The notes: generated from the letters alone by a model not told the origin. Positions 19,094 to 28,922 are shown, counted from the stretch's first letter. The stretch is 64,000 bases of DNA from an uncultured Alphaproteobacteria bacterium (GCA_944391485.1 CALXTQ010000014.1:679-64678); one strand, 5' to 3'. Numbers and translations: made by a program.

Positions 19094-19915
19094 TTATTTT
19101 TCAGCTTTCTTTTTGGCCGGAGCTTTTTCAGCTGCTTTTTTCGCCGTTTTTTTCTTTACCGTTTTCTCTTTTTTGACGGCCGACTTTTTTTCTTTGGCAG
19201 CTTTTTCCTTTTTGGGAGCTGCTTTCTTTTCTGTTTTGGCTTTTGCCGTCTTTTCTTTTTTCGGTGCGGCTTTTTTAACCTTTGGCTCTTTTACGGCTTT
19301 TTCCTTTTTGGCAACCGCCTTCTTAGTGGTTGTTTTCTTCGCGGCTTTTTCGGAAGTCTTTTTAGCCTTTTTGACAACCTTGACTTTCGGCTTATTGCGG
19401 TTTTTGGAAATCGTAATCGCGTTATCCAGATCCTTTTCGGAGCACAGACCGATTGCTACCGGATTCTTAGCGCGGAGATTGGCCATATCTTTATGGGTGC
19501 CGCTGCGGATAGCCTCAATCGTGGGTTTGGTTGTTCCGATAATCTTGCAAATCTGCGAATCGATAACTTCCGGACAATTTTTCAAAATCCACAAAATGGC
19601 CGCAGGTTTATCGCTACGCTGCGACGGAGACAGCATTTTCTTGGCTTTGGCGTTTTTCAGCTTAACATTGCGCTCAATCTCATTAGGAGTTAATGAAGCT
19701 CTGGGATCCGCCTCGCATCTTCTAATTTCGACAATTGTCAGCTGGTTGTTGTCAACCGGACTTACGCCTATGATATTAGACGCGACATCACCATCGGCAA
19801 TGGCCTGAATTTCCAACTCGTGCAATTCGCAAAATTCGGCAATCTGACGAAAAGTCAGGGTCGTATTCTCTACCAGCCATACCGCCGTTGCCCTGGGCAT
19901 TAAAGGAGCTGTCAT
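19094..19915 (-). CDS. trcR: DUF1013/TrcR cell-cycle regulator with a Lys/Ala-rich tail
   Basis: PLMPRATAVWLVENTTLTFRQIAEFCELHELEI, DKPAAILW, IGTTKPTI. Confidence 0.85.
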   Translation of the reverse strand: MTAPLMPRATAVWLVENTTLTFRQIAEFCELHELEIQAIADGDVASNIIGVSPVDNNQLTIVEIRRCEADPRASLTPNEIERNVKLKNAKAKKMLSPSQRSDKPAAILWILKNCPEVIDSQICKIIGTTKPTIEAIRSGTHKDMANLRAKNPVAIGLCSEKDLDNAITISKNRNKPKVKVVKKAKKTSEKAAKKTTTKKAVAKKEKAVKEPKVKKAAPKKEKTAKAKTEKKAAPKKEKAAKEKKSAVKKEKTVKKKTAKKAAEKAPAKKKAEK

Positions 19916-20029
19916 AATCTTATCCTTTCTTAATTATTTTTCTTTTTTATAAAAAAACATTCTCTATCGGAAGAATAGAGAATGTTTCGGTATTATACAA
20001 GTTATTTTTTGCTAAATTATTTCATATGT

Positions 20030-20872
20030 TTAATATTTATTGTAATTATTATAAATATTAGCCATATTGAGATAGCCGACCTGCAGCATCTGAGCCGTCG
20101 CCTGATATCTGGTCGCCTGAATTTCCAAAGCATTAACCGACGACAGCGTACCGCTGGCGCTCGTCTGGGTCAAAGGAACTTTGCTTTCCGTTTTGTTTTT
20201 GGTGTCTTCGGAGATAGTTTCTTTCATGACATAGTCATGACGATAGCTGTCTCCCTGCTGGATCTGGAGCGCGTAAGACAATTCGTCATTTTTGCCAACC
20301 GTATCGTCCCTGCTGATTTTGAAATAATAAGTCGTGTCCTTCTTGGCTTTATATTCGCCTTTCAGCATGCTTTCCAGCGCTTCCCGTTCGTCGGAGCCCT
20401 TTTCGGCGCCGCTGTCGCCGACAAGAACTTCCTTGCCGCCACGACCGACGGTATAAACCTCCAGCCTGAAGCCGGGCGCCGTCAGCGCCAAAAGATCCTG
20501 GTTAGCCTCTTCTTCTTTCTTTTTTTCCTGCTCGGCAGCCCAGCCTTCCGGATCAGTAAGTTTTTTCAGCTCGTCGAGCTTTTCTTCATATTTGGAAAGA
20601 TCCAAAACCTTTTCGTTGCTGTCATCACCGCCGCGCAGCGAAACCGACAGTTTGCCGTTTGACTGAACCTGAATTTTATAAATATCAACAGAGTCATATT
20701 TTGAGGCCAGCTGACCAATCGCCGTGGTACGGGAATAATTCAAACGGGTATAGCCGAGGTCGCGGGCATTGGCAAACGTCTCGTCAACATTGTTCATGTC
20801 CTGCAGCGTTTTTTCCCAGGCGCTGATACCATTCTCATCTTTATTGCTGGAACTAGGAATTGTGCTAACCAT
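20030..20872 (-). CDS. Hypothetical protein with a PPC-like beta domain
   Basis: ARDLG...DSVDIYKIQVQSNGKL...TYYFKISR. AAGGAG RBS, no Sec signal. Confidence 0.7.
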   Translation of the reverse strand: MVSTIPSSSNKDENGISAWEKTLQDMNNVDETFANARDLGYTRLNYSRTTAIGQLASKYDSVDIYKIQVQSNGKLSVSLRGGDDSNEKVLDLSKYEEKLDELKKLTDPEGWAAEQEKKKEEEANQDLLALTAPGFRLEVYTVGRGGKEVLVGDSGAEKGSDEREALESMLKGEYKAKKDTTYYFKISRDDTVGKNDELSYALQIQQGDSYRHDYVMKETISEDTKNKTESKVPLTQTSASGTLSSVNALEIQATRYQATAQMLQVGYLNMANIYNNYNKY

Positions 20873-20940
20873 TCAAAATCTCCTTACTGTCTCAGTTTAT
20901 ATGATATCATAAATAAATATAATTCTCAACACTTTGTTGA

Positions 20941-22530
20941 TTATTCATAAATAAGTTTATACAAGGGGACGGTTTTCCCGGTGCGCTCCAGGCTTTTGTC
21001 CCCGAGGAAATCGAAGCTGAACCTGTCATCATCGGCAAGTTTCTGCCTTGTCTCTTCATCCGTAATAATTTCTCCCGCATAGGCCTGCTCAAAAACATCT
21101 TGAACATAAGGAGACAAATTGGGTTCGTCTTCGGAAGACATAAACAAAATACTGCATTTGTTGTCAATAATCAGATTTTCATTGTCTAATTCATCCTCAT
21201 ATATTTCGACGTCCTTATAAAACTCGGTCGCAAATTTCAAAGCGTTGTTCAATTTTGAAAAGGTTACGGAAGTGATGTAATTGTCTTCAATAACGTTATT
21301 TCCCCCGAATTTGCCGATCAGATTGGAGACAATATTGCGAATTTCTCCCTTGACCTTGCCAAAATCTTCGCGGTCACCGGGCTGCGCCTCTTCATAAAAA
21401 CGAACGCTGTTCTGAATGCTGACAACACAGTTAAACATGATATCCGGCTCTTTTTTCAACTCCTCCAGCCTGTTGGCCGTTACACGGTATTTGTTCAGGC
21501 TGTTCCATTTTTCAAACGTTGCCTTCAGGATATGGGTATCAAGAGGCTTTTCGTCAATAAGCTGAGACATTAAATATGCTCCGACGCCGGTTAAAAAAAT
21601 CGCAACCTTATTATCTTTATAAGTTCTTTTGGCCTCATAAAACGCTTCTACATCGCCCATGCCGCCGTCTATAATACCAAAAGCCTCATGCAAAATGGAA
21701 TTGGCCTGCGTTATGCTGAGACCGTTATAGCGGCAGAGTTCAAAACAGCCGCCGTAAATGACAAGCTTTATGCCCAACCGCATAAAATCATCCTGCAGAG
21801 AGGCTGAACCGTCCAGATTTGAAATAACCTGACTCAGATACTCAACCATATACCGCTTATATTCCAGCGGCGCCTCAGGAAAAGCCGGGGCCAGAGCCGG
21901 TTCGAAATTGTCATTCAGATTATAGTTATGGATGATTAGATCAGCTTTATCAAAAAACTTTTTTTCACTGATGACTTTTTTGCGCTGGATTTTGCCCGAA
22001 TTAAAAACATACCACGGCACTTTTTTCAGCACCAGCGGCACGGCCAGCAGAATAAACAACGCGAAAAAAATAATAAACAAAAGAGTTCTGGTTACGCTCT
22101 CCGGCGCTATGATCTCAATAACCGGGATCAGCAGCGTTACCAGAATATTGGCAGACAGCAGACAGAAAATAATAATCGCGATCAGTTTGAAAATCGCCGT
22201 GAAAACATTCTGCCCTGACGGCGTCTGATCCGGTTCCTGAGTTACGATGGAATAATCGCTCTTCGGTTGCCCGGCAGAACCGTAACCGGATGATGAAACG
22301 GATCTTTTTTCTTTCTTTTTGGACAATCCGCTGACATATTCTACCGTTTCGTTATAGGAATTATCCTGAACATCAAAGTCTTCTTTTATGATTTTGACGG
22401 CAACTTTTTCTCGTTCCTTCTCCCGGGCAACGCGGATGGCCTCCTGCCTCTGGTCGCTGGAAAAACGATCCTCAAGCTTCCAGCCGTCTCCCCGGTCGGT
22501 ATATACCTCGTAATGTGAAATTCTTACCAT
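20941..22530 (-). CDS. Membrane protein with a degenerate class III cyclase-like C-terminal domain
   Basis: Two TM helices. C-terminal GEIITDEET...FDFLGDKSL...VPLYKL resembles the end of the cyclase fold. Confidence 0.65.
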   Translation of the reverse strand: MVRISHYEVYTDRGDGWKLEDRFSSDQRQEAIRVAREKEREKVAVKIIKEDFDVQDNSYNETVEYVSGLSKKKEKRSVSSSGYGSAGQPKSDYSIVTQEPDQTPSGQNVFTAIFKLIAIIIFCLLSANILVTLLIPVIEIIAPESVTRTLLFIIFFALFILLAVPLVLKKVPWYVFNSGKIQRKKVISEKKFFDKADLIIHNYNLNDNFEPALAPAFPEAPLEYKRYMVEYLSQVISNLDGSASLQDDFMRLGIKLVIYGGCFELCRYNGLSITQANSILHEAFGIIDGGMGDVEAFYEAKRTYKDNKVAIFLTGVGAYLMSQLIDEKPLDTHILKATFEKWNSLNKYRVTANRLEELKKEPDIMFNCVVSIQNSVRFYEEAQPGDREDFGKVKGEIRNIVSNLIGKFGGNNVIEDNYITSVTFSKLNNALKFATEFYKDVEIYEDELDNENLIIDNKCSILFMSSEDEPNLSPYVQDVFEQAYAGEIITDEETRQKLADDDRFSFDFLGDKSLERTGKTVPLYKLIYE

Positions 22531-22550
22531 CGTCGAAATTCTTTCAGTTC

Positions 22551-22586
22551 AAAAAAAACCTGCATTTATATTACAAAATGCAGGTT
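22551..22586 (-). terminator. Terminator of rpmE
   Basis: AACCTGCATTT/AAATGCAGGTT hairpin plus a U-run on the minus strand. Confidence 0.8.
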
Positions 22587-22609
22587 AATAAAGATTAAAT
22601 CTTCAGAAC

Positions 22610-22858
22610 TTATTTGTTGCCGGAAACGGAAGTATCCGTCTTCAGACCAAATGCGGCAAATTTGCTGTTGAACTTGGATACCTGACCGCCGGTATCGACC
22701 ATGCGGTGAACGCCCGTCCACGCCGGATGAGACTTCGGATCAATTTCCAAATTCATTTTATCCCCGGCTTTGCCCCAGGTAGATCTTGTTTTAAATTCTG
22801 AACCATCAGTCATCACATATGTAATCTCGTGATAATCTGGATGAATACCGTTTTTCAT
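22610..22858 (-). CDS. rpmE: 50S ribosomal protein L31 (Cys-free)
   Basis: [10 protein letters not shown]...[11 protein letters not shown]. Confidence 0.97.
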   Translation of the reverse strand: MKNGIHPDYHEITYVMTDGSEFKTRSTWGKAGDKMNLEIDPKSHPAWTGVHRMVDTGGQVSKFNSKFAAFGLKTDTSVSGNK

Positions 22859-22961
22859 TTGTTTACTCCAAAAAACTTAAGTCAATGACACATAAAGTTA
22901 GCGCTTTTATACATTAGACTTACAAATTACGCAAGCATTAATTTACAATTTTTTAAATTTT

Positions 22962-23960
22962 TTATTTAAGTTCGTCTATTTCCACAATATTGCGCTTTGA
23001 CGCGTCATCCGCAATGTTGATGACCTTAATGCTGAAATTCTTGTATCCCCTGTTGAGAAGAAACGACCGAATTTCAACCGCGCGATACAGGCTGAAGCGC
23101 TTTTTCTTGAAGCTGTCTTCTCCATTGTCAAAATTATACGCCAAAATAGCAATCTTGTTGTTTTTCGGGTCCTCAAAACCATCAATAATCTTAACGATTT
23201 TGGCTTTGTTTTCTTCCGAAAGCTCGGATGAATCCTCCGGAAAGACTATCCGTCCGGAAACGCTGTCTTCTTCCGCAGAAATTGTCTGGCGCGGAAGCTG
23301 AGGAGTCGTTTGCGGCGCGGGTACAGCCTTATGAGCCTCGGACGCCGGAGCGCTCCGGCTCTCTTTCTGATCCGCGGGAACCGCGGCTGTTTCTGCTTTT
23401 ACCGGACTTTGAGAAACATTGCCTTTTATACTGTTTTCAGAAGCCTTCACAGGTTTATTCTCAGCTGGCTGTCCGACTTCGGCAACAAACTCCCGAGGCG
23501 CCGGGGCTGTTTTTGCCTCAATCCGGGTATCTGTGGCAGACGTTCCCTCTGTCCGGGCAACAGCCGCAGCAGAGTTTTCCGCCCGCGCGGCCGGAACCTG
23601 TGAAACGGCGGAAACCTCATTCCGCTTGTCCGCATCAGCAGATTCCGATGTTGTTTTCTGTTCCGGTTTGACGGCATTTGGCGCCGGCGTTGCCGCTTTT
23701 ACGACATCAGCTTCTTTTGCAACGGCAGATTTTCTGATCTTGCTCTTTTTTGTCTTACGGGTAGCTTTAGACTGCTTCTTTTTGACTGCGGGCGCTTTTT
23801 TCACAATCGGGAAAAGCGGTTCCGGGTTAATCTCCGGTCCGGCGGATACCGGCCCGAGATCGTTAAGAACAGACAAATCGACATAAACATCATCGGCAAC
23901 CGCCTGGGATGATATGGCAAATGCCGCTCCGGTCAAAGCAATAAGAAATTTTTTATTCAT
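22962..23960 (-). CDS. Periplasmic protein with an OmpA-like C-terminal domain
   Basis: Signal peptide, VYVDLSVL, long P/A/K linker, IVFPEDSSEL...SLYRAVEIRSFL. Confidence 0.75.
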   Translation of the reverse strand: MNKKFLIALTGAAFAISSQAVADDVYVDLSVLNDLGPVSAGPEINPEPLFPIVKKAPAVKKKQSKATRKTKKSKIRKSAVAKEADVVKAATPAPNAVKPEQKTTSESADADKRNEVSAVSQVPAARAENSAAAVARTEGTSATDTRIEAKTAPAPREFVAEVGQPAENKPVKASENSIKGNVSQSPVKAETAAVPADQKESRSAPASEAHKAVPAPQTTPQLPRQTISAEEDSVSGRIVFPEDSSELSEENKAKIVKIIDGFEDPKNNKIAILAYNFDNGEDSFKKKRFSLYRAVEIRSFLLNRGYKNFSIKVINIADDASKRNIVEIDELK

Positions 23961-23983
23961 TTCTTTTCCCCATCAATTAAATT

Positions 23984-24787
23984 TTACTTCTGCAACAGCT
24001 CGACCACCTTTGTATTCATGCTGGCGTTGACGGCTATCAGGTTTCCGCTTTCCAGAACCGCGTTCAGATTTTCGCTGCGGATATCCTTCTGGCGGTAATC
24101 ATAAATATACCCTCCGGCTTCCTTGACCAGAAGCATGCCGGCGGCAATATCATTCGACTGGCAGCCCAGACTTACCGCGGCATCCAGCTTGCCGGCGGCA
24201 ACATAAGCCAGATCCATTGACACGGCGCCTAAAACACGCACGTTATCAAGCTCGCGGACAATGTTATCGTGAATCCGGAGATAACCGCCGATCTCGGAAT
24301 TGTAGCTTACCGTGGCGCTGACCAACGCTTCGGTCAGATCTTTGCGGGAAGAAACGCGCAGGCGCTCATGATTGCGAAATCCTTCCTTAAACGCTCCCTT
24401 GCCCTTTTCCGCAAAATAGAGCTCGTCCGCCGCCGGATTATAGACAACGGCGGCCGTTACCGCATTGTTCTCAAAAACCGCGACGGAAACCGAAAAATGA
24501 GCAATTCCGTGAGCAAAGTTTGTCAGCCCGTCCAAAGGCGAAATCATAAAGTACGATCCCTTCGGCTTGGGCTGGCCGTTTTTGGCAAAAGCATAAGATG
24601 GTTTGATTTTGCCAAGTTCTACCTGCAGCGATTTTTCGACTCTGGTATATGCAGAGACGACAAAATCCCTGTAACTTTTGACAGACGCCTGCAGCCGCTC
24701 CACTTCGCTGAAATCGCGGTTCAGCGATGCGGAGGCCTTTTTAACAGCGTTTATCAGAAGAGTCATAAAGGGCGAAAGATAGGTCAT
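23984..24787 (-). CDS. suhB: Inositol monophosphatase family SuhB with a degenerate active site
   Basis: PLDGLTNFAHG, FAEKGKGAF, DLAYVAAG, DIAAGMLLVKEAGG. efp-suhB synteny. Confidence 0.9.
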   Translation of the reverse strand: MTYLSPFMTLLINAVKKASASLNRDFSEVERLQASVKSYRDFVVSAYTRVEKSLQVELGKIKPSYAFAKNGQPKPKGSYFMISPLDGLTNFAHGIAHFSVSVAVFENNAVTAAVVYNPAADELYFAEKGKGAFKEGFRNHERLRVSSRKDLTEALVSATVSYNSEIGGYLRIHDNIVRELDNVRVLGAVSMDLAYVAAGKLDAAVSLGCQSNDIAAGMLLVKEAGGYIYDYRQKDIRSENLNAVLESGNLIAVNASMNTKVVELLQK

Positions 24788-25350
24788 TATTTGGCTCTTT
24801 CTACATAATTGGCTTCCGCGGTGCCGACAACAATCTTGTCTCCTGTGTTGATGAACGGCGGAACCATTGTGCGGACACCGTTGTCCAGAATGGCCGGCTT
24901 ATAAGAAGACGCCGCTGTCTGCCCCTTTACGACAGGCTCCGTTTCGGCAACGGTACAGACGACCTGCAACGGCAGTTCAACGGAAATGGGCTTGCCTTCG
25001 ATAAAGTCTACATGAACAGCCATTCCGTCCGTCATAAACGGCCGGGAATCTCCTAAAATGTCAGCAGGCATGGTAAACTGCTCGAAAGTATCACTTTCCA
25101 TAAAAGTCAAACCATTGGCATCTTCGAACAAAAACTGGCAGTCTCTTTCCTCAACCATCAGTTTTTCGACGTTATCTTCCGTGCGGAAACGCTCGTTGGT
25201 CTTGGTGCCTTCCTCCACCGACTTTAATTCAACCTGCATAAAAGCTCCGCCTTTGCCCGGTTTGATGTGCATAGCCTTGACGACAGTCCAGGGCTTGCCT
25301 TTATACTCGATAACCCAGCCAATTCTGATGGATCCTGCTAACTGTTTCAT
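24787..25350 (-). CDS. efp: Elongation factor P
   Basis: KPGKGGAF, KGQTAASSYKPA, VPPFI. Confidence 0.97.
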   Translation of the reverse strand: MKQLAGSIRIGWVIEYKGKPWTVVKAMHIKPGKGGAFMQVELKSVEEGTKTNERFRTEDNVEKLMVEERDCQFLFEDANGLTFMESDTFEQFTMPADILGDSRPFMTDGMAVHVDFIEGKPISVELPLQVVCTVAETEPVVKGQTAASSYKPAILDNGVRTMVPPFINTGDKIVVGTAEANYVERAK

Positions 25351-25436
25351 ATATTTTCTCCGTATTTACAATTTTGAAATTCTGCGGATATTCGCATTCC
25401 TTGTTTCGGGCACCTGCCCGGACTTTAATTGGCAAA

Positions 25437-25982
25437 TTAATCTAAACTTTGTTTTTTAGCAACAAGAATCTTATACGAACTGTCATTTAAAATGACAATG
25501 TCCGCGGCAAGACCGGCAAAATCGACATTTTCATCCCGGATGTCGGCCGCCGACTGAATCAAAAAAAGCTCCGAGTACCATTTCAGCAGGGCTGCCGTAT
25601 TTTCATATCCGTTCTGCCAGACGCCGAAAGCCAGAAAATCCGGCTCGCATTCGCTGGCAATCATCGCCTCGTGGCGCCGGCTGCGGCTGATTATGCCGAT
25701 GACGGCATCTTTTCCCACCGTTTTTCTGGCTTTGTCAAACTCCTGTCTGATGCTATCGGCTTTGCTCAGATCCAGCAGCAAGCCGTCCAGATTATAATCC
25801 CGGCACATGCGGGCGGCCTCTTCGCCGCCGGAAAGAACAATTTTTCCGGCCGCAGACGCCTGTCCGGCAAATTTTCTGACAAAGGCCGGCGACAGACTTG
25901 AAGTCAGAAGATAACATTCCAGAGCATCGTCTTGAATCAATGCGTCATTTTCTTCGGTAATTTTGATAATAAACTTTTGCAT
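25437..25982 (-). CDS. Thiamine-phosphate synthase-like protein (divergent)
   Basis: DGLLL...SRRHEAMIASECEPDFLAFG...LKWYSELF pattern and position upstream of efp, as in alphaproteobacteria. Confidence 0.7.
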   Translation of the reverse strand: MQKFIIKITEENDALIQDDALECYLLTSSLSPAFVRKFAGQASAAGKIVLSGGEEAARMCRDYNLDGLLLDLSKADSIRQEFDKARKTVGKDAVIGIISRSRRHEAMIASECEPDFLAFGVWQNGYENTAALLKWYSELFLIQSAADIRDENVDFAGLAADIVILNDSSYKILVAKKQSLD

Positions 25983-26074
25983 AATCTCTGTTTGCCGCTT
26001 GTAATTGAATTTAAGAACATATAATATGCACTCACTATAGTGGAAGAATCTTTGAAAAGAAAGAGAAATCTGTG

Positions 26075-26344
26075 ATGGAAACAAAGAATCAGAATCTGAC
26101 CAGAACACAGGATGCCCTGGCCAGCCTCAGCGAAGCGCTTCTCAAGCTGAACGCGGCGGCCGACGCCAAAAAGGAACTGCTGAAGAAACAGAACAAACAG
26201 ACGGCCGAAACAATCGAAAACCGCGAAAAACGTCTGGAAATCCTTAAAGCATCTTCAGAAAAAATTTCGGCGCAGATTGATCATATCATAGAAAATTTGG
26301 ATAAAGTTTTGGAAAACGATGGCACAGGTAACAATAACAATTAA
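26075..26344 (+). CDS. Coiled-coil protein upstream of zapA (ZapB/DUF4164-like)
   Basis: All-helical heptad pattern, overlaps the zapA start. Confidence 0.7.
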   Translation: METKNQNLTRTQDALASLSEALLKLNAAADAKKELLKKQNKQTAETIENREKRLEILKASSEKISAQIDHIIENLDKVLENDGTGNNNN

Positions 26345-26663
26345 TTCCCGCGAATATGCGGTTGCCTGCGAGGATGGACAAGAAGTCCGCATTCTGCAGC
26401 TGGCCCGCCTTCTTGACGAGAAAGCGAAACTGCTGACCCAAGCCAGCGGCCAGGTCAACGAAAACATGCTTCTGGCCATGGTCGGACTGCTTCTGGCCGA
26501 TGAACTGAGCGAGCTCAAGAAAAACGGCGCGGCACCAGCCCCGGTCGAAATCCAGTCCGCTAATGCCACACTCAGCGAAGAAATCGACGCCGGTCTGGCA
26601 GAAAAAATAAATCAAATCGCACAAGAAATAAATTCTGTTGCAAAAAAAATCGAATCAATGTAA
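26319..26663 (+). CDS. zapA: Cell division protein ZapA
   Basis: VTITINSREYAVACEDGQE...LLAMVGLLLADEL. Confidence 0.95.
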   Translation: MAQVTITINSREYAVACEDGQEVRILQLARLLDEKAKLLTQASGQVNENMLLAMVGLLLADELSELKKNGAAPAPVEIQSANATLSEEIDAGLAEKINQIAQEINSVAKKIESM

Positions 26664-26675
26664 ACTTATCGCATA

Positions 26676-26834
26676 GAGGGTGAGCTGTCCGGTACGTAAT
26701 ATCCGCAGATCTTCCGAGCCAACGTTATTTTACAGGGAGCCGTCCCTGACACGACCGAGGTCCTGTTATATGGCGCCCACCTTATGAGAAGCGGTTCGAT
26801 AAGAATGTTAAGGTACGGCTGAGACGGCACCCTC
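26676..26834 (+). ncRNA. ssrS: 6S RNA
   Basis: Follows zapA. Terminal helix GAGGGTG/CACCCTC and alphaproteobacterial 6S-like segments GTCCCTGA, GGTCCTG, ATGGCGCCCACC. Confidence 0.88.
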
Positions 26835-26888
26835 CAAATTTTTAAATCCCAGGCGGGATTTTTGTGTTTTAAATTCAGGAAGAAAAAC

Positions 26889-27671
26889 GTGAAAATTATA
26901 TACTGCGGAGACGTTGTCGCCCGGGCCGGCAGAGAAGCTGTTCTGAACAACATCGACACTTTGAAAGACACTTATCATCCCGACATCCTTATCGTTAATG
27001 TTGAAAACGCCGCTCACGGTTTTGGCGTTACTCCGGGAATCTGCAGAGAATTTTTGGACAAAGGTGTTGATGTTCTGGTAACGGGAAACCATGTCTGGCA
27101 GCAAAGAGAACTTATCCCTTTTCTGGCGGAAAACAAAAGGATTATTCGGCCGCTGAATTATCCGGAAAATCTTCCCGGAGCGGGATTTTGCGAAGTCGAG
27201 CTTCCCAACGGACGCAGAATTCTGGTTACGCAGCTTTTGGGACGGCTCTTTATGGAAGCGGTCGATTGTCCAGCTCAGGCCATAGAGAAGCTGCTTAAAA
27301 ATTATACTCTCGGCAAAAATATCGACGCTATCTTTGTCGATATTCATGCGGAAGCAACCTCAGAAAAACTGTCAACCGGATATTTTCTGGATGGAAGAGT
27401 TTCCGTCGTGGCCGGGACACATACCCATGTTCCGACCGCAGACGCGAGAATCCTGCCCAAAGGAACCGCCTATATTACAGACGTCGGCATGTGCGGCGAC
27501 TATGAATCCGTCCTGGGTTTTGACACGGAAGAACCCGTCAACCGCCTGACACGCAAATATACGGGCGGCAGACTGGTGCCAGCCAAAGGTCCGGGCACCC
27601 TGTTCGGCATTTATGTCGAAACCGACGACACCACGGGTCTGGCGCAAAGCATTGTTCAGATAAAAATCTGA
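26889..27671 (+). CDS. YmdB/TIGR00282 metallophosphoesterase
   Basis: GDVV, NVENAAHG, TGNHVW, DIHAEATSEK, GTHTHVPTAD. GTG start. Confidence 0.93.
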   Translation: MKIIYCGDVVARAGREAVLNNIDTLKDTYHPDILIVNVENAAHGFGVTPGICREFLDKGVDVLVTGNHVWQQRELIPFLAENKRIIRPLNYPENLPGAGFCEVELPNGRRILVTQLLGRLFMEAVDCPAQAIEKLLKNYTLGKNIDAIFVDIHAEATSEKLSTGYFLDGRVSVVAGTHTHVPTADARILPKGTAYITDVGMCGDYESVLGFDTEEPVNRLTRKYTGGRLVPAKGPGTLFGIYVETDDTTGLAQSIVQIKI

Positions 27672-27740
27672 CAAAATCCGAAAACCGCTATGCGGTTATC
27701 CCGTTGCCGGCGGCGAAAAAAATTCGGCCGCACAGCCTCC

Positions 27741-28922
27741 TCAGCGGAGGCCGGTGTAGATTTTGCTGTCGTCCGGGATTTTGGCGCCGATGCCTTTTTT
27801 TATCTTTTCCATCCGCACAAAACCCATTTCGCCGTTATCTATCATGACGCGGCTCCAGACTTTGTCCGGCGTATAACCGGTCAGGCGCACTGTTTTCCGG
27901 GCCGGAAGCTCTGTCATAACATCAAAATCATCCGACGGGCCGTACATAACCTTCACTTTGCCGGTTACGTGATAAAGCATGTTCAGATCTTCCGTATTGG
28001 CGGGAATTTCCAGTATTTTTGACACAACGACATCATCAACCGTCTCACCGCCGGTGCGAAATTTTACTTCCTGATAATAGGTTATCTCGTCGCTTTTGGT
28101 AAAGTTCTTCATAAATTCCGTTTCCGTTACGACTTTTCGGGACAGAGCAATAATAATCGTCCCCCCTATCAGACCGGGAATGATCAGTTGCAGAATTTTC
28201 AAAAAACGGTAATTCCAGGGCTGCGGACGACTGACGGGCCCCGGATTGACAAGCGCCATAAAACGGCGGAGCAGTTTTTTCTGATAGTCATCGGCAAACT
28301 CCTGAGCCTGCAAGGCCGAAAGATAAGCCTGAGAAAATTTTTGCTCCTGATAATAGGCCAGCGCATTATGAACCAGAAGCCTGAAATTTTCCCGACGGTT
28401 ATCGTCCAGATCTCTGATATTGTCAATAACAGCCCTTAGGCAAAGCCTGAAAGCCGTCGGGTTCCACCATCCCAAAAACCAGTTAATGAGAGATGTCTGA
28501 AAAACCGCCGCTCCGGCTTCGCGGCTGCTGCAGATTTCCTGCTCGTCTGAATAGGAATAACCGACCAGCCTGCCGATAACCTGACGCAGATGAAGTGCTC
28601 GCAGAGAGACCTCCTCGCCGCCTTTCCGGCTTTTATAAATTTTCAGGGAAAACATATCGGGAAAAGTCTCCGCCGGGTAGGCCTGCGCCAGCAAATCGTA
28701 TGTCAGGCGCAAAACATCGTCTTTGACAATATCATAAGCAACAGATAGCTTCTGAAAATTCTCAAGAGCCTCTTCACTGGTGTTATGGTCGGGATGCCAG
28801 AACTTGGCTTTATCACGGTAATTGATTTTTATCATATGTTCGTCAGCGTCAAAAGATACGCCCAATGCGGCGTAATAGCCTTTCGGATCATATGAATAGG
28901 TTTTATTTTCGCTGCGGCTCAT
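27741..28922 (-). CDS. J-domain membrane protein with a C-terminal SH3-like domain
   Basis: YYAALGV...WHPD (intact HPD), TM helix, VMYGPSDDFDVM...WSRV...GFV. Confidence 0.82.
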   Translation of the reverse strand: MSRSENKTYSYDPKGYYAALGVSFDADEHMIKINYRDKAKFWHPDHNTSEEALENFQKLSVAYDIVKDDVLRLTYDLLAQAYPAETFPDMFSLKIYKSRKGGEEVSLRALHLRQVIGRLVGYSYSDEQEICSSREAGAAVFQTSLINWFLGWWNPTAFRLCLRAVIDNIRDLDDNRRENFRLLVHNALAYYQEQKFSQAYLSALQAQEFADDYQKKLLRRFMALVNPGPVSRPQPWNYRFLKILQLIIPGLIGGTIIIALSRKVVTETEFMKNFTKSDEITYYQEVKFRTGGETVDDVVVSKILEIPANTEDLNMLYHVTGKVKVMYGPSDDFDVMTELPARKTVRLTGYTPDKVWSRVMIDNGEMGFVRMEKIKKGIGAKIPDDSKIYTGLR

